Notes under the pieces: generated by a model
Database searches by the model: none
The model's input: only the letters and a program-made list of their open reading frames with translations
What the model was told of the DNA's origin: nothing
Shown: positions 1 to 8,041 of the stretch, piece by piece
Position numbering within the stretch: position 1 is the stretch's first letter
Layout: the number at the start of each line of letters is the position of its first letter
Position numbers and translations under genes: made by a program
Source: Candidatus Latescibacterota bacterium
GTDB taxonomy: Bacteria; Latescibacterota; UBA2968; UBA8231
Reading direction: 5' to 3'
NCBI GenBank assembly: GCA_965208105.1
Contig: OZ242318.1
Span: 1,824,001-1,888,000, forward strand
DNA: 64,000 nucleotides

Positions 1-622
1 TGTCGACCAGGGCCATGCGCCTTACCGCCGGGTCGATACGCCGGTCGAAGGCATCCATCGCCGCCACCGTATCCCCCATCACCAGGATGAGGGCGTGGGG
101 CAAGGTCCCGCTCGGGTCAACACCGGCCAGTTCAGCCCCGCCCGGTGTTGCACATCCGCTGCAGCCCCCCACCACGGCTGCGTACTCCATGCAGGCGCTG
201 ACCCGGGGATGCACGTGGCGGGCCCCGAAACTAACCACCGGTATGTCTCCGGCCGCCTCGGTGCAGCGCGCCGCAGCCGTCGCCCACCCCGTTCCACTGC
301 TAAAAATACCAAGCAGGGCGGTCTCATAGAGACCGAAGCTCCGATAGGGAGCCCGGACGCGCAAAACCACCTCGCGCGGATCGACCCATTCTCCTTCCTT
401 CAGAGCCCACACCTCTCCCCTCCCTGCCAGGGCCCGCCGCAGCAGTGAGAGCGCCTCGCGCATGCCGCAGAGCAAAGCCCGCTGGCGGGTGAAAAACTCC
501 ATGGTCACCACCGGGTCGAGCTTTTCCGCGGCGAGGATTTGCTGGCTGCGGCGGAAGTACAGATCCGCGTTGTGGCCTCTGAGAGTGGTCTGGGTGGGGG
601 CGAAGAGGCTCTCCTCGTCCAT
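1..622 (-). CDS. pncB: Nicotinate phosphoribosyltransferase (archaeal/Thermoplasma-like type), 3' end runs off window
   Basis: Not in the ORF track. Manual translation from ATG 622 gives MDEESLFAPTQTTLRGHNADLYFRRSQQIL...FGLYETALLG...SFGARHVHP...SGTLPHALILVMGD...ALVD. ATGA overlap with the upstream nicotinamidase stop. Confidence 0.85.
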   Translation of the reverse strand, partial: MDEESLFAPTQTTLRGHNADLYFRRSQQILAAEKLDPVVTMEFFTRQRALLCGMREALSLLRRALAGRGEVWALKEGEWVDPREVVLRVRAPYRSFGLYETALLGIFSSGTGWATAAARCTEAAGDIPVVSFGARHVHPRVSACMEYAAVVGGCSGCATPGGAELAGVDPSGTLPHALILVMGDTVAAMDAFDRRIDPAVRRMALVD

Positions 623-1161
623 CAGCCGCACTCCTGCCCGCGGGTGACGGAGGCACCGAGGACCTTCTCCATGTGGCCAAGGGCCCACTCGTGCTGAGCG
701 GGATCGAAACTGGCCACGCAGTCGGCAGGCACCTCTACCTCGTAGTCCCGGTTGCGCAGTCCGGATACCGTGTGGAGCACGCAGATATCCGTGCAGTCGC
801 CCATTACCACGACCTTGTCCGGCCTGATCTCTGCCAGTTGCTGCGCCAGGTCGGTCTCGAAAAAGGCGCTGTATCGCCGTTTCTTGACGATCTTCCCTTC
901 CCTGGCCAGGGGCGCCAATTCATCGATGATTTCTTCCTCCTCGCTGCCTGTTATACAGTGAGGCGGGAACATCTCGAACTCCTTGTCGCCGGGAGGATGG
1001 CTGTCCTGGGTGAAAAAAACAATGGCTCCGGCGGCCTTCTCCTGCCGCACCCTTTCTTCGATCCGCGGAATGATGGAGCGGGCATCGTCGCCGCAGTACA
1101 AGGTCCCCTGGGGAGCCATGAAACCCTTCTGCATATCTACCACGATCACCACATTCGACAT
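622..1161 (-). CDS. pncA: Nicotinamidase / isochorismatase-family cysteine hydrolase
   Basis: VVDMQKGF, DSH, FPPHC, KRRYSAF, GDCTDICV motifs; AGGAGG RBS before ATG 1161; coupled to pncB. Confidence 0.85.
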   Translation of the reverse strand: MSNVVIVVDMQKGFMAPQGTLYCGDDARSIIPRIEERVRQEKAAGAIVFFTQDSHPPGDKEFEMFPPHCITGSEEEEIIDELAPLAREGKIVKKRRYSAFFETDLAQQLAEIRPDKVVVMGDCTDICVLHTVSGLRNRDYEVEVPADCVASFDPAQHEWALGHMEKVLGASVTRGQECG

Positions 1162-1303
1162 TGCCTTCCTCCTGTGCCGGCACCAGCAGGCGGCCAGGGA
1201 ACCGCCACCATGCCGCGACCCTCCCGGAAACCAGGCCTCTCCGGGCTCGACGGGTACCGCAGCGGGTGAAAATCGAATCCTCGACAAATCATATTGTAGA
1301 GAT

Positions 1304-4300
1304 TTACCCCGCTCTCACAACCCCCTGGTCGGTTTTCAATGCCGGCAGCAAGGGCTGCCGCAGGGACCAATAAGCTGCCGAGACGCTGGCGGCCAAACCC
1401 GCCCCGAGCACCAGAGACAATGACAGGACGAGGGAGAGCCAGGGGACCTGAGAGCCGGATGAAAGCACGCGTGGGGCGACCGCCACGAGTGCGGCCAGGG
1501 CGCCCATCGACATTCCTGTTCCCAGGAGAAATCCATTCTCTGCCAGCAGCATCAGCGCCAGCCGCGAATTGCTAAAACCACAAGCGCGCAGGGTGGCGAG
1601 CTCTCCGCGGCGTTCGATCGCGTTCCTCAGCAAAAGGACCCCCAACCCCAGGGTTCCCCAGAGCAATCCCAATCCTCCCAGGACCTGGAATGTAGAGAGA
1701 TATGTATTCTCCACGGCTCGATATTCGGCCAGTCTTTCGGCGGTCGGGGTGACGTCAAATCCGAACGCGCCCAGGGAGCCTTCCAGAATCGAGGACAGGT
1801 GGGCGGGCCGCTCCCCGGCAGTCTGAAGCAGGAAGTAGCCGAATCCGGAGCGATTGGGAAAGTAGTGGTTGAAATGGGCCTCCGAAATCAGCAACTCGCC
1901 CTGAAAAATACTGTCCTTCAGGAGCCCAACGAGACGCAGCCGCAGATCTCGACCCATCTCATCCTGAACCAGCAGTTCCTCGCCCAGACCCCGATGCAGA
2001 ATCCACTGGACCGAGTTGTAATCGCCTATAGCCGCAATCACCCCCGGCTCCAGCTCCTCTTCCAGCAGGCTCCATGGATTCTCCACCTCTTCCAGAGTCT
2101 GCTGGAAGAGAAAGCCGCCTCGGTGAATCAGCTCGGCGGGGACCCCCAGCAGCTTAGGCCTCCGGGGCTGGTAGAGGTTGAGGCAGCTGATATCCTCCCC
2201 TGGCAGACTCCGCAGGGAAAAGATCCGGGTTCCCGTCTGGAAGACGGCACCTTCTCCGGTGAACCCAAGCTCTTCACGCCCCCGGGGCGAGTTCAGGTCG
2301 TGGTGAAGAGGGATGTCCGCTTCGGCCAGGAGTGCGAATCCTCCATGACCCGATTCCTTGAGCCCGGAGGCAGCATCTTCGGTTGCAGTCCTGCGGTTGG
2401 CCTCCACCGCCACGATGATGAAACAGGCGCAACCGACCAGGGCGGCGCAGGCCATACTGCGCCCGTGATGGCGACTGCTGTTGCGGATTCCCATGCGGAC
2501 CAGCCTCGCAAAGTCGGACCCGGCTCCTGACCGTCCCCGTCCTCTGTCCCGGCCCAACCACAGGGAAAGGAGAGCCAGCCCTGCCACCAGCAGGAGGGCT
2601 CCGCCGGCGAAGAACAGCCCGGCGGCAACCGCCGAATCGACGAAGGAGGTCAGGGCGACCGATGCCCCGCCGGACCCCAGACTGGCGATGGCAACCACCC
2701 GCGTCCGGCTCCGGGACCCGGCCTTCCTCCGCGTGACCGTGCCGTTGAGCAGCGCGCGAACCGGCTGCCTTCCGCACTGCCTCACCGTCCACCCGATGAA
2801 GACCAGGACCACCGCGACCGAGACCATGTACCCGGAAGCAAGGCTCAGCGGCTGCACGTGCAGATCAAGGAAGGGAGCGCCTGCCGCCGCCGTCCACGAG
2901 GTGCGCAGACCCGCCGTCAGCAGCCAGGCGTAGAGGACGGCGCCTCCGACACCGACAGCACTGCCGAGTGCGGCCAGGACCCCGCCTTCGGCCATGAAGC
3001 GCCAGCGCACGAACGCCAGGGGATATCCCATTGCGAGCAGCACCCCGATTTCCTTCGCCCGCTGCTCCACCCCGAGCCTGAAAATCAATCCCACCATCAG
3101 GGCCGAAGAGAATATGAGGAAGGAGCTGAACCCCATGAAGAGCATGCCGAAGTCGGTGGCTCCGGCGGCTGCTTCCAGGCCCAGGGATTTGACCGGCTGG
3201 AACGACATGCCCTCGACCCCGGGACCTGTCCTGCGCAGCAGTTCCCGCTGAAAATGCAGCCGCGCCTGCGGCTCATCGGCATGGGCTGGGGGTCCGATCC
3301 ACATGCCGGTCAAATCGCCGAAGCGGCTGCGCCATAGACTTCTGCCGGCGCCGGCCGCTATGAAAGCTTTGGGTGCCGCGCCGAACTCATCCCAGTAGGC
3401 CTCGTCCTTGCCGCGGATGGCGCTCAGATCGATGGCAAACGGGGGATCCCAATCGGACATGTCGTCGACGTTCTGAATGCCGGGAAAGGCAGGTGTCAAC
3501 AGGGGGTCGGCGGCCATTCCCCGCAGGGCAACCACTCCGCTCAGGCGGAATCGATCCGTGGCGGTGCGGAGCATCCCCCTCGGTCCGACGACGTGGTAGG
3601 TCACCTCGATCAAGTCCCCCGCCTCGGCGCCCAGATCTCGGGCCGCCCATTCGTTGAGCAGGATCTCGTCGTCAGCCAGGAGAGGCGCAGGCGACCCGTC
3701 GGTCAACTCGAAAGCCCCGAAGGGGCTCCTTTCCCGTTGAACGGCATCCAATGCCGCAATGGCCGAATAGGGGACGCTGCGGTCTTCGAAATCTATCCTG
3801 GTAGCAAGATTGGTCAGAATGGGTTGGAACGGAGCTCCCATTTCCAGCGCCAGCTCCCGGGCCGTTGCAGTGACGTGCCCGGGGAGGATGAAGCTTTCGG
3901 CCTCCAGGGCGAAGAAACCGGATCCCGCACGCAACCTCAGGCCCAGGTCTTCCAGACGCAGCACCCGGTGCAGTGCATCCTGCAGAGTGCGCGTGGTCCC
4001 GGGTGATCCCGGGGATTCTCTGGCGACGGCAAACAGGGCATTCACCTGTCCTTCCCGCTCCAGCGCCTTCTGCAGATCGGCCAGTGCGACGAATGCATTC
4101 AACGGCAGGTTCTGATGAGGATGCAGAGCCAGGCGGCCGAGCCCGCGGTCAGGGACGACTCCCGACAGAGTGAGCCGGAGAGTCTGGGTGACCGCGGCGG
4201 AATTGCGCCTGCCGAAAACGTACTCTCGATGGATCTCGCTGCGCCTTTCAATGGACAGAAGAATGGGATCGCCTATCTCCACCTGCAGCTCTTTCTGCAG

Positions 4301-4738
4301 GGACTGATTGATGACCACCGGCGCGAAATGGCGATCCGGCATTCCGCCCAATCGCTCCAGCACCATGGCCGCCGGCCCCTCGCGCTCTTCCAGGCTTGCA
4401 AAGTCCCGGTCGACCCCGATCACCTGGACGCGCGACGCCCGGTTGCGGGTGTGAGCGCCCAGTGCGCTTCCACTCAATAGAATGGCAGGAACGGCACCTT
4501 CGAAGGAGGCCGCAAAGGAGGGCTCGGCGGCAAGGTCCGCGCTCAGCCCTTCGCGGAAGAAGGGCTGAGCCACCAGGGCGTGGTCGATTCTACCGAGCCT
4601 CTCCAGGGTCAAGTCCCGCAAGCTGCCCCGGACGGAATCTCCCACCAGAAGTGCGCCTGTGAGGACGGCTGTGGCAGCCGCGGAGGACAGCAGCACCGCC
4701 GTATGCAGGCCGCGGAAATGAATCAGACTTCGACGCAA
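1304..4738 (-). CDS. Large MacB/FtsX-type ABC transporter permease (two FtsX halves, large periplasmic domains)
   Basis: 1144 aa; EQRAKEIGVLLAMG and ERRGELATLRACG FtsX signatures; follows an ABC ATPase gene. Confidence 0.85.
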   Translation of the reverse strand: MRRSLIHFRGLHTAVLLSSAAATAVLTGALLVGDSVRGSLRDLTLERLGRIDHALVAQPFFREGLSADLAAEPSFAASFEGAVPAILLSGSALGAHTRNRASRVQVIGVDRDFASLEEREGPAAMVLERLGGMPDRHFAPVVINQSLQKELQVEIGDPILLSIERRSEIHREYVFGRRNSAAVTQTLRLTLSGVVPDRGLGRLALHPHQNLPLNAFVALADLQKALEREGQVNALFAVARESPGSPGTTRTLQDALHRVLRLEDLGLRLRAGSGFFALEAESFILPGHVTATARELALEMGAPFQPILTNLATRIDFEDRSVPYSAIAALDAVQRERSPFGAFELTDGSPAPLLADDEILLNEWAARDLGAEAGDLIEVTYHVVGPRGMLRTATDRFRLSGVVALRGMAADPLLTPAFPGIQNVDDMSDWDPPFAIDLSAIRGKDEAYWDEFGAAPKAFIAAGAGRSLWRSRFGDLTGMWIGPPAHADEPQARLHFQRELLRRTGPGVEGMSFQPVKSLGLEAAAGATDFGMLFMGFSSFLIFSSALMVGLIFRLGVEQRAKEIGVLLAMGYPLAFVRWRFMAEGGVLAALGSAVGVGGAVLYAWLLTAGLRTSWTAAAGAPFLDLHVQPLSLASGYMVSVAVVLVFIGWTVRQCGRQPVRALLNGTVTRRKAGSRSRTRVVAIASLGSGGASVALTSFVDSAVAAGLFFAGGALLLVAGLALLSLWLGRDRGRGRSGAGSDFARLVRMGIRNSSRHHGRSMACAALVGCACFIIVAVEANRRTATEDAASGLKESGHGGFALLAEADIPLHHDLNSPRGREELGFTGEGAVFQTGTRIFSLRSLPGEDISCLNLYQPRRPKLLGVPAELIHRGGFLFQQTLEEVENPWSLLEEELEPGVIAAIGDYNSVQWILHRGLGEELLVQDEMGRDLRLRLVGLLKDSIFQGELLISEAHFNHYFPNRSGFGYFLLQTAGERPAHLSSILEGSLGAFGFDVTPTAERLAEYRAVENTYLSTFQVLGGLGLLWGTLGLGVLLLRNAIERRGELATLRACGFSNSRLALMLLAENGFLLGTGMSMGALAALVAVAPRVLSSGSQVPWLSLVLSLSLVLGAGLAASVSAAYWSLRQPLLPALKTDQGVVRAG

Positions 4739-5394
4739 TTACCGCCCTTCAATTCGATGCGGCGGTCAAAGGAGGCCGCCAGGTCGAGATTGTGGGTCAC
4801 GGCTATCAGAATGGTTTGCTCAGACCGGTGCAGCTCCAACAGCAGACCGGCCACCGCAGCCGCGGTGTTGTGGTCGAGATTGCCGGTGGGTTCGTCGCAC
4901 AGCAGCAGACGGGGATTGTTGACCAGGGCGCGGGCTACGGCGACGCGCTGGGATTCGCCTCCGGACAGCTCACCGGGAAAGTGGTGGAGGCGGTGCGAGA
5001 GGCCCACCGCATGGAGCAGCTCAAGCGCCCTTTCCTCCACATCTTCGCCCTTGCGCCTGAAGGCCATGGTTGGAACCAGCACGTTTTCGAGGACGGAATA
5101 TTGGGGCAGGAGGTGGTGATCCTGGAAGACGAAGCCGATGATCTGGTTGCGGAATGCCGCCACTTCGCGTTCGCGGAGAGCGAAGGGGTCCCTGCCGGCT
5201 ATGGTGATCCTTCCCGAGGAAGGGGGATCCAGGGTGCCAATCAGGTGCAGCAGGGTGCTTTTTCCCGAACCCGAAGGCCCGGTGACGGCAAGGGACTGCC
5301 CCTGGGTCAGCTCAAAGGAAACGCCATCGAGGACCTGGACACCTGCAAAGCTTTTGCCGACCTGGGAGACCCTGAGGGTGAAATGGTCATCCAT
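4723..5394 (-). CDS. ABC transporter ATP-binding protein (LolD/MacB-like)
   Basis: GPSGSGKS, LSGGESQR, LLLCDEPTGNLD, VTH. Confidence 0.93.
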   Translation of the reverse strand: MDDHFTLRVSQVGKSFAGVQVLDGVSFELTQGQSLAVTGPSGSGKSTLLHLIGTLDPPSSGRITIAGRDPFALREREVAAFRNQIIGFVFQDHHLLPQYSVLENVLVPTMAFRRKGEDVEERALELLHAVGLSHRLHHFPGELSGGESQRVAVARALVNNPRLLLCDEPTGNLDHNTAAAVAGLLLELHRSEQTILIAVTHNLDLAASFDRRIELKGGNCVEV

Positions 5395-5815
5395 GGGAAG
5401 ATGGAGCCTCTTCAATCTTTTGGGCGATAAATCCAGGAATGGGAACAGCCCTCATTCTTCCCCCTGGACTGCACATGCAGCAGGCCACCTTCAGCTGCCC
5501 GCGAGCAACCTCCACCTCCCCCCGCGCAAAGGAGAAAGCATAGGTAAGGGACCTGGCGCCCACCTTCAGGACCTTCAGAGAGACATCGAGCACATCCTCG
5601 AATCTGGCCGGATGCAGGTATTCGCACGAGGTCGTCAGCCGGGGCCAGCTGAGGTGGCCTTCATCCCGTTCCATAACAACGCTCAGCCCCAGGGCGCGGA
5701 GGAATTCATGCTCGACAGATTCCATCAGGACGAAGAAGCGGGAGAAGTGGACAATGCCGGCCATGTCCGTGTCGGCGAACTCCATTCTCCGCTGGGTCCG
5801 GTATTCGTATGCCAC
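5387..5815 (-). CDS. Acyl-CoA thioesterase (4HBT/YbgC hotdog family)
   Basis: FADTDMAGIVHF motif, 142 aa, GTG start. Confidence 0.88.
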   Translation of the reverse strand: MAYEYRTQRRMEFADTDMAGIVHFSRFFVLMESVEHEFLRALGLSVVMERDEGHLSWPRLTTSCEYLHPARFEDVLDVSLKVLKVGARSLTYAFSFARGEVEVARGQLKVACCMCSPGGRMRAVPIPGFIAQKIEEAPSSHG

Positions 5816-5822
5816 GGCGGTC

Positions 5823-5988
5823 TAGTTTCCCGTCGCAGAGATAGGTTGACGAAATTGGGCCGCCGAGGCGCCAGGCTCACAAGGCGCCTGAGCGAGTTGT
5901 ACCAGTGGTGTACGGCGAGTGATGGCAACGCCGTGAGCCGGGATGGATCGGCGGGATAATGGCGACATATTTCTGCGACGGGAAACTA
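5823..5988. mobile_element. ERIC-like MITE, copy 1
   Basis: TA + GTTTCCCGTCGCAGA ... TCTGCGACGGGAAAC + TA (15 bp perfect terminal inverted repeat flanked by TA); near-identical to 61852-62018. Confidence 0.85.
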
Positions 5989-6456
5989 ATTTCCAGGTCT
6001 GTATAGAGTCACCAGGAAGCCGCCCAGAGCGGCCAGAAGAATTCCCAGCACAAACGGCCAGCGCAGTGCACCCAGCCCGGCGGCGGGAGGATGCACCGCC
6101 AGGGCCAGGAATGCGTTGACCACGGGTGCGCCGGCGAAGACGATGGACATGACCACGCTGGGCGTTCCCCGGGCCCCGAAGGCGAGCAGAACTCCCAGGG
6201 CACCCAGGGCGCCCGCAATGCCAGCCGCTGTTGACCACCCCGCTCCCTTGGCCGAGAAACTCCAGGAGGCCCCCCCAATCCACAGCAGGACTGCCGACCC
6301 TGCCACCGCGGTCAGCATATACGCGACTCCCACGAAGAAGTAGGCCTTGTAACGTCCGAAAACCGGATCTCCCATGGCCAGTTGCCCCGTGTGCAGTAGA
6401 ACCCCGTAGCACCCCCACGCGCCAACCGCAATCAGAGCATAAATCATCCAGGTCAT
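5986..6456 (-). CDS. Small integral membrane protein (EamA/DMT-like, ~5 TM)
   Basis: 156 aa, five Gly-rich hydrophobic segments, W-G-x-Y-G near the N-terminus. Confidence 0.7.
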   Translation of the reverse strand: MTWMIYALIAVGAWGCYGVLLHTGQLAMGDPVFGRYKAYFFVGVAYMLTAVAGSAVLLWIGGASWSFSAKGAGWSTAAGIAGALGALGVLLAFGARGTPSVVMSIVFAGAPVVNAFLALAVHPPAAGLGALRWPFVLGILLAALGGFLVTLYRPGN

Positions 6457-6589
6457 CGCCGGACTCCCTTCGCTGTTTCTATTCCCCGCGACGCGGCCAT
6501 GCGCAGCGAAATTCCCTTGCAGACCGGCCAGTCGGGGGATCAGGGTGAACTTGCACTGCCGATTTCAACCTTCCTCCACGGAGGGATAC

Positions 6590-6754
6590 TAGTGCCTGCT
6601 TGCGTAAGTAAGCGTACGAACGAGGGCGCAGAAGCGCCCGGCTCGCAAGGCGCCTGAGCGAGTCGTACCTGGAGTGTACGGCGAGGGAGGGCAACGCCGC
6701 GAGCCGGGATGCAGCGGCGGCCGAATTCACGCGGAATTGCGCAAGCAGGCACTA
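6590..6754. mobile_element. ERIC-like MITE, copy 2 (variant terminal arms)
   Basis: TA + GTGCCTGCTTGCG ... CGCAAGCAGGCAC + TA; shares the core GGCTCRCAAGGCGCCTGAGCGAGTYGTACC...GTGTACGGCGAG..GGCAACGCCGYGAGCCGGGATG with copies 1 and 3. Confidence 0.8.
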
Positions 6755-8041
6755 GCCCAGGAACTCCTCGTACAGCGCCAAAGTCGCCGCCGCCATCACC
6801 TCGTCCCCGAACCTTCGATGCACCGCATCCTTTCCCCGTCTTGCCAACCGCTCTCGCAGTTCGGCATCATTCATCAACTCCTCTATGGCCGCGGCGACTG
6901 CCTCAGCGGAGCCCGGCCGCACCAGCAGTCCGCCTCCCGTCGCTTCGATCAACTCGGGGAAGGCCCCGTGGCGCGGCTGCACCACCGGCACTCCGTTGGC
7001 CAGGGCTTCCAGGACGAAGAGCCCCTTGGGCTCCTTGTAAACCGTCGGCACGGACAAAATGTGAAGGCCGTTGAGAAATTCGATCTTGCCCCGGCGGTCG
7101 ACCGCGCCCCAAAATTCAACCTCCCCTCTCAAGCCCCATGCATCAATCCTGCCCATCAGCCTTTCAAAGTACGGGCGGTCCCTCTCGCCGAGATAGCCGG
7201 CGATTTTGAGCTTGAGGGCCCCGGGACCCAGGCGCTTGCTCAGCAGGTTAAATGCCTCAACCAGCAGGTGAAGCCCCTTCTCCGGACAGATGCGGGCAAG
7301 GTAGCCCACGCAAAAAGCGCCTCCACCCAGGTCCTTCCTGCCTTCGCCGTGGCCCTGCAGGTTCAATCCCAGCTCGACCACCCTCATCCTCTCGGGGGCA
7401 ATGCCCAGAAAATCGGCCATGAAATCGGCATAGTACCTGCAGGGAGCCACGAACCCATCCACGTCTTGGCAGCGCCGGCGCAGAATCTCCAAAGCCCGAG
7501 ACCTGTAGGGCTCGACCATCTGCTGCAGGAAGAGATCCTCCCCCTGCAAGGCGCAGAGGACCGGGATCCCCAGCCTTCTCTTGATCTCCCGGGAAAATCC
7601 GGCAAACATGGAATTGGTGAGCTGGACCACGTCGGGTCCGTAGTCGTCCCCGAGCCATCGGACCAGCTTGGCCAACTCCTTGCGCTGTCTTCCCTCCTCT
7701 CCCCTCAGCACGGAGACCGTGAGCGCTCCCAGGTCCTCCGCCCGGGTGGATGGACTGAAACGGGAAAGCCCGTTCAGCAGGGAGGGACGATCGAAGAGGC
7801 GGTCCAGCACCCACGGCGTGTGGCGGAAAAGGGACGCCTTCTGCTGCAGGTAGACGTTGATGCCCCCGTAGAAAATGCGGTCCAGGCTGACGTTGGCGTC
7901 ATCGGTGCGCAGGGGCGTGTAGGTCGGAATGAGAGCGACCTCGGCGCCCAGCCTCTGCAAGGCCGCGGCCAGAGCGTTGTCGCGGATACAGCTTCCGCAG
8001 TACATTCCGGCGGCGCCGGCGGTGATATACGCGACTCTCAT
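6752..8041 (-). CDS. Glycosyltransferase family 4 (GT-B) with N-terminal CxxC
   Basis: YLARICPEKG, EPKGLFVLEALANGVPVV; N-terminal GMYCGSC. Confidence 0.88.
   Translation of the reverse strand: MRVAYITAGAAGMYCGSCIRDNALAAALQRLGAEVALIPTYTPLRTDDANVSLDRIFYGGINVYLQQKASLFRHTPWVLDRLFDRPSLLNGLSRFSPSTRAEDLGALTVSVLRGEEGRQRKELAKLVRWLGDDYGPDVVQLTNSMFAGFSREIKRRLGIPVLCALQGEDLFLQQMVEPYRSRALEILRRRCQDVDGFVAPCRYYADFMADFLGIAPERMRVVELGLNLQGHGEGRKDLGGGAFCVGYLARICPEKGLHLLVEAFNLLSKRLGPGALKLKIAGYLGERDRPYFERLMGRIDAWGLRGEVEFWGAVDRRGKIEFLNGLHILSVPTVYKEPKGLFVLEALANGVPVVQPRHGAFPELIEATGGGLLVRPGSAEAVAAAIEELMNDAELRERLARRGKDAVHRRFGDEVMAAATLALYEEFLG

Noticed and set aside
1162-1303. Possible NAD riboswitch or NrtR site upstream of pncA
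   Set aside because: GC-rich hairpins are possible, but I could not match a known consensus by eye; an Infernal search is needed.
5823-6754. Repeat copies as a CRISPR array or tRNA
   Set aside because: There is no repeat-spacer periodicity, no cas genes and no cloverleaf or T-loop; TA-flanked inverted arms fit a MITE.
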